From contig NW_024704742.1 of assembly GCF_018977255.1 (NCBI RefSeq), positions 104,038,001-104,102,000 on the forward strand: DNA of 64,000 nucleotides, read 5' to 3'. The notes beneath the pieces were generated by a model. It did not search any database, was not told the origin of the DNA, and saw nothing but the letters and a program-made list of their open reading frames with translations. The DNA is from Callorhinchus milii (lineage: Eukaryota). The number at the start of each line of letters is the position of its first letter. Within the stretch, counting starts at the first letter, position 1. Shown here in pieces: positions 13,175 through 25,899 of the stretch. The position numbers and the translations under genes are program-made.

Positions 13175-16078
13175 TACTGACATCATGGCCTTAACTGAAT
13201 CCTGGTTCACCCCAAGCAACACCTTCCCCCTCACGGAGGCCACACCACCCGGCTACACCTCCCACCACATCCCTCGCCCCAACCGCCGTGGCGGTGGTGT
13301 AGCCCTTATCTCAACGACACCACTTGCCCTATCCCCCTACTCCTCTGGCTTTTCCCCTCTTTTGAGCACCTCACCCTCTCCCACCCCTCCCATCTCTCAC
13401 TCAAAATCCTCCTCCTCTACCGGCCCCCTAAAACCTCTCCCACCTTCATCTCTGACATTTCTACCCTCCTAACATCTCTCTGCCTCTGCTCTGATCGCCA
13501 CATCATCCTGGGCGACTTCAACCTGCACTTCACCCCCTCCTGCTCCACCTCCTCGGACTTTTCCTCCCTCCTCTCCTCGCTCAACCTCTCCCTCCACATC
13601 AACTCCACCACTTACATTCATGGCCACCCACTCGATTTGGTGATCACTCGGGGCCTCAGTGTCTCGGATGTCACCATTACCGATAAGGCCATCTCCGCTC
13701 ACCACTTCATCTCCTTCATCACCTCCATCCCCCTCCCCACCTCCACCAGACCTACCACCATCTTCTACTGCCCCTGGAAGAAGTTACCCCACAATCCCTA
13801 ACTGCTGCCTCTTGGAGTCCTCTGAACTCCTCTCCCTCTGGCCTTCATCCCTCACTGACCCCTCTTCTCCTCTCACCCTCCTCCACAACACCCTCTACTC
13901 CACACTTGACACTCTTGCCCCCATCACCTCCCATACTGTCTCTTACTCTTGCTCCTCCCCCAGTTCACCACCCACCTCCGCTCACTGAAGAGCCAGGTGC
14001 GGGCCGCTGAACGCACCTGCCTCAAATCTGGCCTAACGGTCCACCGACAAATCTGGCTGGACCTCCTCAAAATCTACCGCTCCACTTTAGCCTCGGCCAA
14101 GTCGTCCTTCTACTCCAGGATAATCCTGGAGACGAAGGACAACCCCAGGCTTCTGTTCTCTACTACATCCCGACTCCTCCGTTCCCCCCGCCACCCCGTG
14201 CAGGTCATCTCCTCCAACCTTCACTGCGAGGAGATGCTGGATTTCCTTGAATCCAAAATCAAGGGAATCCGCTCCGCGGTCACTGCCCCTCCAACTTCCA
14301 CCCACCCCCACCCCTTCCCTCCCACACTCCGACTCCTACCCATCCTCCCCTACACACCTTCGAACCTGTTTCCCCACCCTCTGTCACCAACCTCATCCTG
14401 TCCCTGAAACCCACCACCTGCTCCCTTGACCCCATCCCCATTCCACTCCTTATCTCCCAGCTCCACCTCCTTGCCCCACTTCTCACAGACACCATTAACC
14501 TGTCCCTCTCCTCTGGCTCTGTTCCCATTCCCCTCAAAACTGCCACCATCACTCCCAAACTGAAAAAAACCCTCCCTTGATGCGTCGCAGATATCAAGCC
14601 ACCAGCCCATCTCCACCCTCCCCTTCCTGTCCAAGGTTCTCAAAAGAGTCATCGCCTCCCAGCTGCGCTCTTTCCTCTACACCCATTCACTTTTTGAACC
14701 CCTCCAGTTGGGTTTCTGTGCTGCCCATAGCATGGAAACCGCCCTGGTCAATGTCACCAATGACATCTTGACCATCTGCGACCACGGCTCCCTCTGCCTC
14801 CTCGTCCTCCTCGACCTATCGGCCGCATTCAATACGGTCGACCACTCTATCATCCTCCACCGCTTGTCCTCCCACCTCAACCTTCAAGGCCCTGTCCTTG
14901 AGTGGTTTAGTCGTACCTCTCCCACCGTCTTCATTTTGTTTCCACTAACGGCTTTTCCTCCAGAACCCCGCACTGTCTCGTGCGGTGTCCCTCAGGGCTC
15001 TGTCCTCGGTCCCCTCCTCTTCACCCTCTATATGCTCCCCCTCGGTGACATCATCCGCAGACATGGGGTTAACTTCCACATGTATGCGGATGACACCCCA
15101 CTCTACCTTTCCTCCTCTACCCTCAACTCCACGACCACCGATGTCCTGACAGCTGCCTGTCTGACACTGAGTCGTGGGCGAGAGACAACTTTCTTCAGCT
15201 CAACGTGCGCAAAACTGAGGCCCTCCTGATTGGCTCACGTCAGCGCCTCCGCACCTCAGGCGCTGACAGCATCAGCATCCAAGGCTGCACTCTCCACCTC
15301 TCAAAGTCAGTCAGGAACCTCGGGGTTCTGTTCGACCCTGAGCTGTCCTTTCTTTCCCACATCCGCTCCACAACTGGCACCGCCTTCCATCACCTCCGGA
15401 ACATCACCAGACTACGGCACTACCTCACTACCTCACCAGTGCTGAAACTCTGGTCCACGCCTTTATCACCTCAAGGCTGGACTATGGGAACTCTCTCCTC
15501 GTCGGCCTTCCCGCCACCTCCCTCCACAAGCTGCAGGTCATTCAGAACTCTGCAGCTCGTGTACTGTCCCGCACCAGGCTTCGGACCACATCACTCCCAC
15601 CCTCGCTCGCCTCCACTGGCTCCCCATCCCCCAGAGGATCGAATTCAAGATCCTCATCCTCACCTACAAGGCCATTCACGGCCTTGCTCCCTCCTACCTC
15701 TCCGACCTACTATCCCCCTATTTACCTGCCCGTACCCTCCGCTCCTCTGGCTCCGGTCTGCTCCACATCCCCCGCCCCAACCGCCCTACCATCGGTGGCC
15801 GGGCCTTCAGCCTCTCAGCCCCGAGGCTCTGGAACTCTATCCCCCAGGGCCTTCGCCGCTTCCTCCCTTTCCTCCTTCAAGGACGGTCTCAAGACCTTTC
15901 TTTTTGACTGTGCCTTCAGCTCCCCTCTCAATTCTCTACCCACTCCTTGCTCCCTCCCTTCCCTCCCCTCACCCTGACCATTTCCCCCCTGCTCGGGTCC
16001 TGACCCAACTGTCCAGTGCCTTGGGACGTCCTCCCGACGTGAAAGGCGCTCTATAAATGCAATCTTGTTGTTTTTGTT
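13175..16078 (+). mobile_element. L2-clade LINE, 5'-truncated within the endonuclease; frameshifted EN+RT ORF2 with intact 3' tail
   Basis: Motifs DIMALTESW, GGGVAL, ILGDFN, HSMETAL, LLDLSAAFNTVDH, GVPQGSVLGPLLF, YADDT, LHWLP; 3' stem-loop and (TTG)n end. Confidence 0.95.
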
Positions 16079-19000
16079 CCCATTTTCATACTGAAGGCAT
16101 AAAGTGTAAAGTAGATACTTGACAGTTCTCAAATACAACAGTGGAAGCTTGATTATCTGCCCATTTTAATGACCTCCTGGAGGTCCATCATTATAACTAA
16201 TGATGGCTTGCTTCACAGTAATTCCACATTCTGGAAATCTTACAAAAATATTTTCACATTATTTAATATACTTTTAAAAGCAGTTTTGAAAGCTGATCAA
16301 AATATAAAAGTCGAGGCCAAACATTAGCAATGGTTGTTCTGCAATTCCAGGCAAAATCTTGTACAGTGTAGGCAGCCTAGTCATATCTCAGCACTCCAGT
16401 GAATCATATCTCCTTCTCATCTGGTTGGATCTGGCATTGCATATTGGTCATGTTGGTTATAAATGCAAGTTTATGAGCATTAATACAATTTTTCATTGAT
16501 GAATCCTGGCTCATCATATTTTTTGATATGGGAAAGTAGAAATACTTGTTAAACCTATAGTAATTGAATATTCCAACATCACAAATTGAGACGTCTCGAA
16601 GACGCGAAAGCCCTATAATCAAATGCAAGGATTGTTATCATTATGTAGAACTAGTAACAGAATAGTCTGACATCTACTTAGATTTACATCGAAAATAGAA
16701 TTCTAAACTGTATTGAGCCTGATGCTGCAATTATTAAACATCTGTTTAAAGTATTGTACTATTGCTATAAACAGCTGTCTTAAGGCTTCCCTTTTGAACT
16801 ACCTGTAAAGATATCGTCCAGTTGCTGATGGTTAACCCAGAGTTCCATATTTTGCCCGCTCCTTAATAACAAACAAAATCATCTGATTTTGAGAGAATGT
16901 GAGAGAGTGTGTGGAGTGACCAGCTTATTTGAAACAGGCGCCGAACGGAGTAAATCTCAATTCCCACTCCGCATCACCATACTGCCAGGAGCACAGCAGC
17001 TAAGCAACCGGCAGTCTAAATGCAGCGTTGCCTGAAGAAAAGTTGTAACTGAATGCTATATTAAATAAAGGGTCAGAGAGATATGACAACTCAAAAACTT
17101 TGAAGCGAACAGGACCTCACTTGAAAAAGAATAAGATGAAAGAACTTGTGCAAGTACATGAGTAACATTCATAACAGTTCATGATCACATTAGGCAGATT
17201 ATCTTTTGATGGTAAATCAAAGCAATGAATGTTTTAAGAATATTTTCACCTTCAGGCAAAATAAAGATTAGTGTTTCCTCTGCAAAACTTACCTTAATTG
17301 CATATTTTTCAAAGAAACAATTGGAAGGTAAACTAGGTTATTATGTATTTACCTAAATGTAGCAAATTTAGCTGAACATTTGTAAACCAATATAGGAGAG
17401 AGACATGGGGGGGTGGGGTGGTGAATGAGTGATTTTGCATTTGAAGATCCTGCTAAAGAGAGTTACTTGCTGTCAGCTGACTGGTAGAAATATTATCCAC
17501 AAACTGGAACCTTTTATTTTTAGAAAAACTCTGCTTCTCTGTTCAGAAATCAGTTTTCTGCATCGACCATTGCTGGATTACATTTTTAAAAATTTGTTCT
17601 GTTTTTTGAAACTTTTCAAAAAAATCATTCCCCTCATCATTATTCAATTGATTATTTGTGACCATAATATCTAGATAGACTTGTCTGCAGAGGGAGCATC
17701 AATGCCATAGTAAATTCATTTAACAGGAGGTACTGAAGCAGTGCACTATCTTAACCAACTGTCTGAGATCAGTGATTCATCATTCTATCATTCTGATGTG
17801 CCTGTGAGTTGAGAGACTAAGATTGAATCTTTGAATCTCCCAGGGGAGGAGAGAGGTAGGACTCCCACTAACCAGCTCAGAGTGTTTCAGGTTAATTGCC
17901 ATGTGCAACTGTTGTCTACTTTTGGACGATCAAGCAATGACAAACACCGATTCAGAAATAAAACAATTTCCCATGTCACAGAAATGTTTGTTGGTATATT
18001 ATTTGGTCCTGGTATTAAGAAATACCTTTGGTCCTGGTACCAAGAATGTTTTTTTAGCATTAAAAGCTTCGGTAGTTAAAAACAGCATTGATACTCTGTG
18101 ATCACAGATTTAGAATAAACGCTGGTTGTGCAATGCTCACCTTCTGATGTGGAAATTCTTGTTATTTTCCCCCACTCAGCTCGGATCCCTTTAAATCTAC
18201 ATTCCTTCTTTCCAAGTTCTTGTTTGGTTACTGTGAAGAAACTGCCTGATGGGACTATTAAAGAAATCTAATTACGAGAGCATCATGTGTTTTGGTGCAT
18301 TCTCTTTAAAATTCTAGATATTAAAGGCTTCAAAGTGTACCGTATCATCCAAAGGTTCAAAAGTTTTCCACCGCTCTTGGTCAAAGGAAAATAAATTTTC
18401 ATTTCTGCACTAAATAGGTCCAATGGATTCCAGTTGCAGCTAAATGTCCTCCAAGATATAGATATAACTTTCACTAAACCATAATTCAACCAAGTCTCTG
18501 TTCAGAAGAAAAACATTATTGTCTTCAGGGCTGAATGGGTATGCAGAATATTTTGCTATGGTTGCAGTCTCTCACACTGGATCACACTGGATCTTTTAAG
18601 ACATTTAGCAAAACAACATTCCTAAACCATAAGCAATCTGGATGAGTTACTGTTTTGACAAATCATTTTTGCATAGAGACCTAGTTTTTCAACCCATCTA
18701 CTGAACTTCAGTGCAGAATTAACAAGGAAATGACCACCTCTAGAACACTCTAAACCACTCTGGTCTTCTGTTTTCCCTACCACCTTTATAATGGTATTCC
18801 TAAAATATTCCTAAAATATAAACAACAACAACTTGCATTTATATGGCTTCTTCATGCCGGATGCCGTGACTTTTTCCCTTTGCTTTTGGTTAATACTACA
18901 ATTTGCACTTATATAGCATCTTTTAGACAGGAGATCATCTGAAAGCACTTTATAAAGATGGAATGGGAGCCCAAGCTCAACACACCCTCTGGGGTCACGA

Positions 19001-20281
19001 AGCCTCTGGGGTGCACCAGCCTGCACCTAATCTTCTGCATTAACTCCCTCCAGAGAGACAGCATGGTGATGGGTTTCCTCATGTGTTTGGCTGACCCCCA
19101 AAAATTATTATATCAGACAGTGGTTTCAAATTGGTACAGGAAAGCCTTTTGTTTTCAAGCAAGTAACTGAAGCAATGAATTTATTAGTTTTAGTTTGGGA
19201 GTTTTTTTTAATCTATTGCTTTCATTCCTCCCATTTTTCTTTTCCTTTCAAATTCGCCCTTTTATTCCTTTTCACTCATAGAATTCCTCCTCTGGTGCTG
19301 GTTTAATAATAATGCCCCAGTTGCTTACAAATGTAGCAGAATACAGGGTGCTAAGTACAATGGTGAATTATTTTGTGAACTAATTTGAGACGTTTTTAAC
19401 ATAGTAAGGCATTATAAAATTGCAAGCACTTTTCCCCCCGCAGTGCTGTACTTCCTTATTTTTGTCATTAGGTGGCACTCACAGTAAGGAATACCTATTA
19501 CTGTAGCAGCAGATTCAAATCGTTGCAAAATTCTATGGGAAAATGCAAACCAACTATGCACAGTCACCACTGCCTGAAACTGGGTACTGCAACAGAATGT
19601 ATTCTAACATGCAGCATAAAAGGATGCAATTTAGTCAAACAGTTCAGGAAATATTTGATAAATGAATAATTCAGATACTGACTGCCTATTAGGGAAATTC
19701 CATAAAACAATTAATTTAGCACAGAAATTAACATATTATTTGCAAGGCATGCTGGCAGGGCCAACTGTTTTGGTTGATTTTTACTAAATTTTGATTATTA
19801 TAAGAGAGACAGTAGGAGGGGTGACAACCAATGGCTAAGATGTTCTGGAACTCAACAATGTGCTAACTCACTCCTAGATTTCACAAACATTGGAAATAGG
19901 ACAAAAAAAGGAAACCTTGTAAAATAGCCTGAAATTTCTGATTTATAAAAAGTACTGTTTGTACATTTCAAGTTCTAAAAGTATTTTTCTCATGCAGGAT
20001 TGCTTGAACAAAAGACGTAGACTTGCTGGGTTTTGATTTTAAAATCGGCATTGGACAGGTTTTTAAAAGGTTCTCCAAATCAAGAAAAAATAATCCTCTT
20101 TTTTTTACAATTTTGGAGGATAATTTTGAACTACAAAAGGTCACCGCAGTTGTCACTTACTGCGCAAGAAGGGCGTTTGTGGCAATCTTCCAAACTAGAA
20201 GTCAGCCATTTTTGTAATCTGGACTGCATTGCCTGAAAGGGTATTGGAAGCTGATTCGATTACAACTTTTAAGAGGGAAGC

Positions 20282-20430
20282 AGATAATTATTTGGGGAGG
20301 ATAAGTTTGCAGGGGTATGGGGAGAGAGCAGGGGAGTGGGATTGAATTGGACGGCTCTTATCAAAGAGCCGGCACAGACATGATGGGCCAAATGGCCTCC
20401 ATCTGTGCTGTATAATTCTATGATTCTATG
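20282..20430 (+). mobile_element. CR1 LINE 3' end
   Basis: gatgggccaaatggcctcc...tgtgctgtataattctatgattctatg; (ATTCTATG)n is the CR1 terminus. Confidence 0.85.
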
Positions 20431-20469
20431 AAAAATAGCTAAAATCAAAGAGTCCGCAAAAGAGTAAAA

Positions 20470-20472
<3 letters not shown>

Positions 20473-20501
<29 letters not shown>
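20473..20501. repeat. (AT)n microsatellite
   Basis: Direct reading. Confidence 0.95.
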
Positions 20502-20504
<3 letters not shown>

Positions 20505-21389
20505 CCCCCTATGTGGGGTAGTGTCAGGGCAGAGTAAAATAAATGTTGATATCAGTCAAGAAATATTATAAAAATAAGAAAAGGTAACCTTACACTGAAG
20601 TCACTGTATGGTAACAGCACGTTACAGTATGACACTAGACGTGCAGAGTCACAGTGTAATAATAAAACATGGAACAAGAAAAGACAATTTTTCATGGACT
20701 ATATCACTTAACCTTCATATTTATTATATTCGTTTATAATATATTGAACGTTAAGCCTAATTCTACCAAATTTGCCCCCAACTCCTTAAGGAAAATAAAG
20801 CGAAACTCCAGATTCCATCTCAAGAATGCCAACAGTTGTTTTCCACACTTACATTTGGTTTTAGTTTTATCTGAAAAAGAGTGGGGCATTCTAGGGACTC
20901 AAATTTCCAGCTTTTTTCTAAGTAAATACTTATCCAGCTTTTGAAAGAGTTAATCAACACTGTTGCAGATAGTCACTACACTGAGAAGGTGAAAAACGTT
21001 CTAGTTTCTCATATCAAAAGTTTTTGGTTTCAGATTCTTACCACACCCTCTTCAGCATTATATTAATTTATAATCTATTAAATGTCACAGTCAAATAATG
21101 CCAATTAATGACTTACTTTTCTGAGACAAAAGAGCTGTGAATTCCAATTGAAGAGAATGTAAATGCTGGATACTGTTGAGTGGGAAAGATTTTTAGGACA
21201 TCTGTCAAACATAGTAATAACAATAATCATTCCGTTTTATATAGTCTTCTGACTTAGAGTAGAGTGTAATGACTATTTTGCACACAAACACAGTAGCCAA
21301 CTTGTACACTTGTAAAGAGCCATAAAACAAATCATCAATTTTATTTGGTCAGAACACTGGACGAAACTCTCTTCTATTTTCAAATATTA

Positions 21390-21589
21390 TAATAATAATA
21401 ATCCCTGCATTTGACATAGCGCTTTTCACGTCTTCTAGACTTCTCAAAATGCTTCACAGAATATATTGTAAAGTGAATTGACTGTATAATTGTGGGCGAA
21501 ACGCGGCAGCCAATTGCGCACAGCAGTGTCCCTCAAATAGTCGTGGATTGAAGTGACCAATTTATTATTTTTTTTCTCGAAGGATTATT
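21390..21589 (-). mobile_element. Same SINE family, 3' half only, in tandem with the next copy
   Basis: Body and tail match other copies; no tRNA head. Confidence 0.85.
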
Positions 21590-21908
21590 AATAATAATAA
21601 TAATCCTTGCATTTGATATAGCGCTTTTCACGTCGGGAGGACGTCCCAAAGCGCTTCACAGAACTCACTGTAAAGTGAATTGACTGTATATTTGTGGGCG
21701 AACGCGGCAGCCAATTGCGCACAGCAATGTCCCATAAACAGTCGTTGATTGAAAATGACCAATTTATTATTGTTTGTTTTTGGAGGGATTATTATTAGGC
21801 TCTGTGTGGAGTAAGGAAACTTGCCCAAGGTTTCGCCCTCTGCCTGGAATTGAACTCAGGTCTCTCGCTTGCAAAGCGAGTGCTCTAACCACTGAGCTAC
21901 AGGACTTC
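21590..21908 (-). mobile_element. tRNA-derived SINE, short form
   Basis: A/B boxes, body and tail present; lacks the central segment of the long form. Confidence 0.9.
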
Positions 21909-22389
21909 AATAAAATACAGAGTGTATTTCTTTGCCTCCAACATATAAGCAGTTAAATTGAGACGCCTATGCATCAACAAAGTGTACTCCCACTTGACCT
22001 GATAAATAATATTCTTGAAGGTACCAGCTGACAAACTAAAGTAGAAAACAAATCAAACTAATGTTTTTGTTACACTGACTATGCCAATACAGTTCCTGTA
22101 TTATTTGTACAGTGATGAAAGCAGAGAACCTTCAGTTAAACTGCATTCTCCGGCAGCCATTTAGAGGACAGGAAGCGGTTCATTGAACTCTGCACAGATG
22201 CACGAACAGGCATGGAATAGGTTTAACAAACGCCTATAATGCTGCTGTATTTTGTGAGGATAAGTCAGCTCTTTTTAAATCAGAACAATAGGATGGAACC
22301 ACATGGAAGAAATAAAAAGACGGCTGTTGTGGTTCAACTAGTGTGGGTTCTCGAAGGTCAAAAGAGCAGCAGCGAAGCACATACTCCAC

Positions 22390-22630
22390 CTCACCATCAG
22401 TGGGCAAGCTTTCAGCTATTCTGCCCTAGCTCTCTGCAACTCCATCCCAGCGACCCAACAACTCACCCCCTATCCCTTCCTCCCCCCGCTTTAAGACCAT
22501 CTCTTCAACTTTGTTTTTGGCTATTCCCTCTCCACGCGCCCCCACGGCTCGGTCGACCAATTGGCTGTGTAGAGCGCTCCGAGATGACCTCCTGACTTGA
22601 AAGATACTATATAAATGTATATTATAGTTG
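22390..22630 (+). mobile_element. Degenerate L2 3' end
   Basis: Similar to L2 3' UTR and tail (agcgctccgagatgacctcctgacttgaaagatact). Confidence 0.7.
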
Positions 22631-22659
22631 CACTGGCAATAATGTACCGCAGAGACTAA

Positions 22660-23545
22660 AATGGCTGGACAGTGTCACAATCTACCGCTCCACTCTTGCC
22701 TCAGCTAAATTGTCATATTCCAAGGTCATCCTGGAGGGCAAGGACCACCCCAGGCTCTTCTGCACCACAAACCAGCTCCTCCATCTACCTTCCTATATCT
22801 CGCCCATCCTCTCCTCCAACACCTTTCCCCACCTCCCCCTCAGAGCCCCACCTATCCCTCCCTCCAAATGTTTGAGTGGTCTACCCTTCTTGTCTCACCT
22901 CTAACAGCTCCACCTCCTTGTCCCCCTACCAAGACATTGTGAACTCCTCTGTCCAATAGTAGCGTTATCACCCCTTTAAAAACAGCTGTCATCATCCCTG
23001 CCCTCGTTCTGGGATATCTAATTCTCCCGCTTGGGAATCTCATTACCGCAGGCATTGGGTTAACTTCCACATGTACATGATTGATACCCAACTCTATCTC
23101 TGTCAACAAGACCAAGGCCTTCCTGCTTAGCTCTAGTCAGTACTGACAGCATCACGGATGCACCTCACCAAGCCAGTACAGAATCTTGGTGTCTTGTTTG
23201 ACCCTCAACTGTCTTGAACACCACATCTGTACCAAGAGCTGTTCTGCCTTCCCCCACCTCCTTGATATTGCCCGCTTCGGCCAACATCCCTCCCCGGAGG
23301 CTGCTGAGACCCTCATCCATGCCTTCATTACGGCCAAGCAATTATTATTGTGACTCCCTGATTGCTGGACTTCCCAATTCTTCCCTCAACAAGCTGCAGA
23401 TTATTCAGAATTCTGCAGCTCGTGTCCTCTCCCATACTAAACTCTATAACCTGATCACCCACATTCCTCACCTGACTTCATTGGCTCCCCATCCCCACAG
23501 ATGATTGAGTTCAAGATCCCTTGTCCTCACCTTTAAAGCCCTTAT
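22660..23545 (+). mobile_element. Internally deleted, degenerate L2 ORF2 pieces
   Basis: Segments resemble ~14050-14220, ~14470-14560 and ~15025-15680; KLQIIQNSAARVL. Confidence 0.85.
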
Positions 23546-24382
23546 CTTGCTGCTAAACTAAGACCATCTTCCAACTTGGGCCAATAAAAGGACAGTTATT
23601 AGCATTCTGCTGTAACTATTCTTTAGATTTCTCCCCACACACTTATTTCTTTAACCCTAGGGAGGAAGCTTTGGAAATTTTCTCAGATTGCACATCTATA
23701 TTTTTGAAGCTTCATCATGAAATTGAAGTAGCAGATTAAGCTTATTCTCTTGGCACGTAGTGGCTTCAAAATTTAAATCATTATAGTCTCAACAGGCTTG
23801 TAATACGTTGAGTCATGTTCTTAATCATAGGAGGAATATGAGAATGTTATACATCTCTACACAAAAAAGAGATGCTGCTTGATTGGTAATCTTAGTAGCA
23901 ATGCTACGACATTTACACAATCTGCTGAAGGAGTTTTTAAAATGCGAACTCAATGCTGCATTATTCTACTTGAAAGATGCTATATTGCATGTTGTTGCAG
24001 TTTCTTGGTCTGAGTGGGCAGTACACGAAGTTATCGAGAGGAAATCTAGAGCGCTCATGAGCTGTTAAAGATTGAGTAACCACTGAGATAGACAGAACTA
24101 GGAGTTTTCTGCTTTCTGCTGAAACGTTGCTTTAACTTCGAAAAATAAATCCAATGAAGGTCATGCTTTCACTGGAGTTCCAGCAGAGGGCAGCAGGTAT
24201 CCTGCAAACTGAATGGATTTGGGAAATTCTGAATATGCTGCATGCATTTTTCAGTAACTTAAAATAAGATGAAAATCGGAAAATAACTACGATTATCAAT
24301 AATTTCTGCATATTGATTTGCACATCTAAAAACATCAAAATATTTACTTTTTTCTTGCTAATATATTATAGAAATCTATTAA

Positions 24383-24716
24383 AGCAACAATAACTTGCAA
24401 TTATATAGTGCCCTTCACGCGGGGTAGCAACTCAGGGTACCCGACAGTGGCGGAGTCTAACGCCGAACCAGGGGTAGGGAGGGGGGAGTTGACCTCAAGC
24501 ACGATCAAAAAAGGTCTCTCGGCGGGATTTGAAGGTGAGGAGGGAAGGGGCAAGGCGGAGGGATTGAGGGAGAGAGTTTCAGAATTTCGGGGCGTAGTGG
24601 CTGAAGCCGCCAATGGTGGAGCAAGGCAGTGGTTGGTGGAGTTGGGGGTAAGCAGATCAGATAGGTAGGGAGGTGCAAGGGCATGAAGGGATTTGAAAAC
24701 GAGTGAGAGGACCTTG
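24383..24716 (-). mobile_element. L2 3' fragment, third tail type
   Basis: caacaataacttgcaattatatagtgcccttcacg followed by G-rich L2 antisense sequence. Confidence 0.75.
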
Positions 24717-25140
24717 AAATCCTGTAGTTCAGTGGTTAGAGCACTCGCCTCACAAGCGAGAGACCTGGGTTCGATTACTGGCAGGGTGAAACCTTGGGCA
24801 AGTTTTCTTACTCCACATGCCTAATAAAAATCCCTCAAGAAAAGAAACAATAATAAATTGTTTGGAATCCTGTAGCTCAATGGTTAGTGCACTCGCCTCG
24901 CAAGCAAGAGACCTGGGTTTGATTCCTGGGAGGGCAAATCCTTGGGCAAGTTTCCTTACTCCACATGCCTGATAATAATCCCTCAAAAAAACGATAAATT
25001 GGTTACTTTAATCGACGACTGTTTGTGGGACACTGCTGTGCGCAATTGGCTGCCGCGTTTTGCCCACAAATATACAATCAATTCACTTTACAGTATATTC
25101 TGTGAAGCGCTTTGAGACATCTAGAAGACGTGAAAAGCCC
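24717..25140 (+). mobile_element. Tandem SINEs: head half (24717-24863) followed by a short-form copy (24864-25140)
   Basis: Two consecutive tcctgtag(c/t)tca(g/a)tggttag heads. Confidence 0.9.
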
Positions 25141-25899
25141 ATAACTGTAGATGACATCACTGAGAGGGAACATGTAGATAATAATAATTCTTGCATTTGA
25201 TATGGAAAGGGTGACAAGGAGCCTTTGTGTACCCTGCAGGTAACCGGGCGGGAACGAGAGGAAAAACCATTAAACCTGGGATGCAGTGAATTGAAAATAA
25301 AAATAATGCATTTGACAAAGCACCAAGAACTTCAAAACGTCTCAAAGAAATTCACAGGGATTTTGTTAAGTGTAGTGATTATGATGTTGCAGGCAAATAA
25401 ACCAATGTATGTAGCTCAACTGAAGCCACATCACAAAATTGATTATTCTACACATTCAGTTATTTTTTTAAAAAATCCCAAAGTCAATGGTTTAGAGCTC
25501 TCGTCATGACACACTCTCTCACTGGTATGTTGAACATTAGACCCTCATTGTGCTGGTGTGTAGAGAGGGAGAGTGATGTCAGGCAACTGCAAGATTAAAA
25601 GGAAACAAAAAGCAGGAAAATATTTGCAAGGACAAATAAGTCAGTATTACTGACATCACAAAGAAGCAAACAGATTCAGACAGGAATAACCAAGGACAAC
25701 CTCAGGCAGATTAAAAAGAGAGATAATCGCGAAAATTCTCAGAGGATGGCTACCAAAGTGGGAAAAGGGTTTAAGCTCACGCATTCAAGAGTGTTCTAGC
25801 AGTGCTACCGGAGATCCATGCAGCAGTCCTGGAAAAAGCTTACGTAGCACAGCAGACATTTGTTTTTGCATCTGTACATTTTATTTCTGAATGGGTCTG

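Noticed and set aside
15205..16056. 283-aa ORFs here and at 41693-42544
   Set aside because: Frameshifted L2 ORF2 C-termini, not host genes.
20502..20516. CTCF-like gtgccccctatgtgg
   Set aside because: Spacing deviates from the core consensus; a single motif is unsupported.
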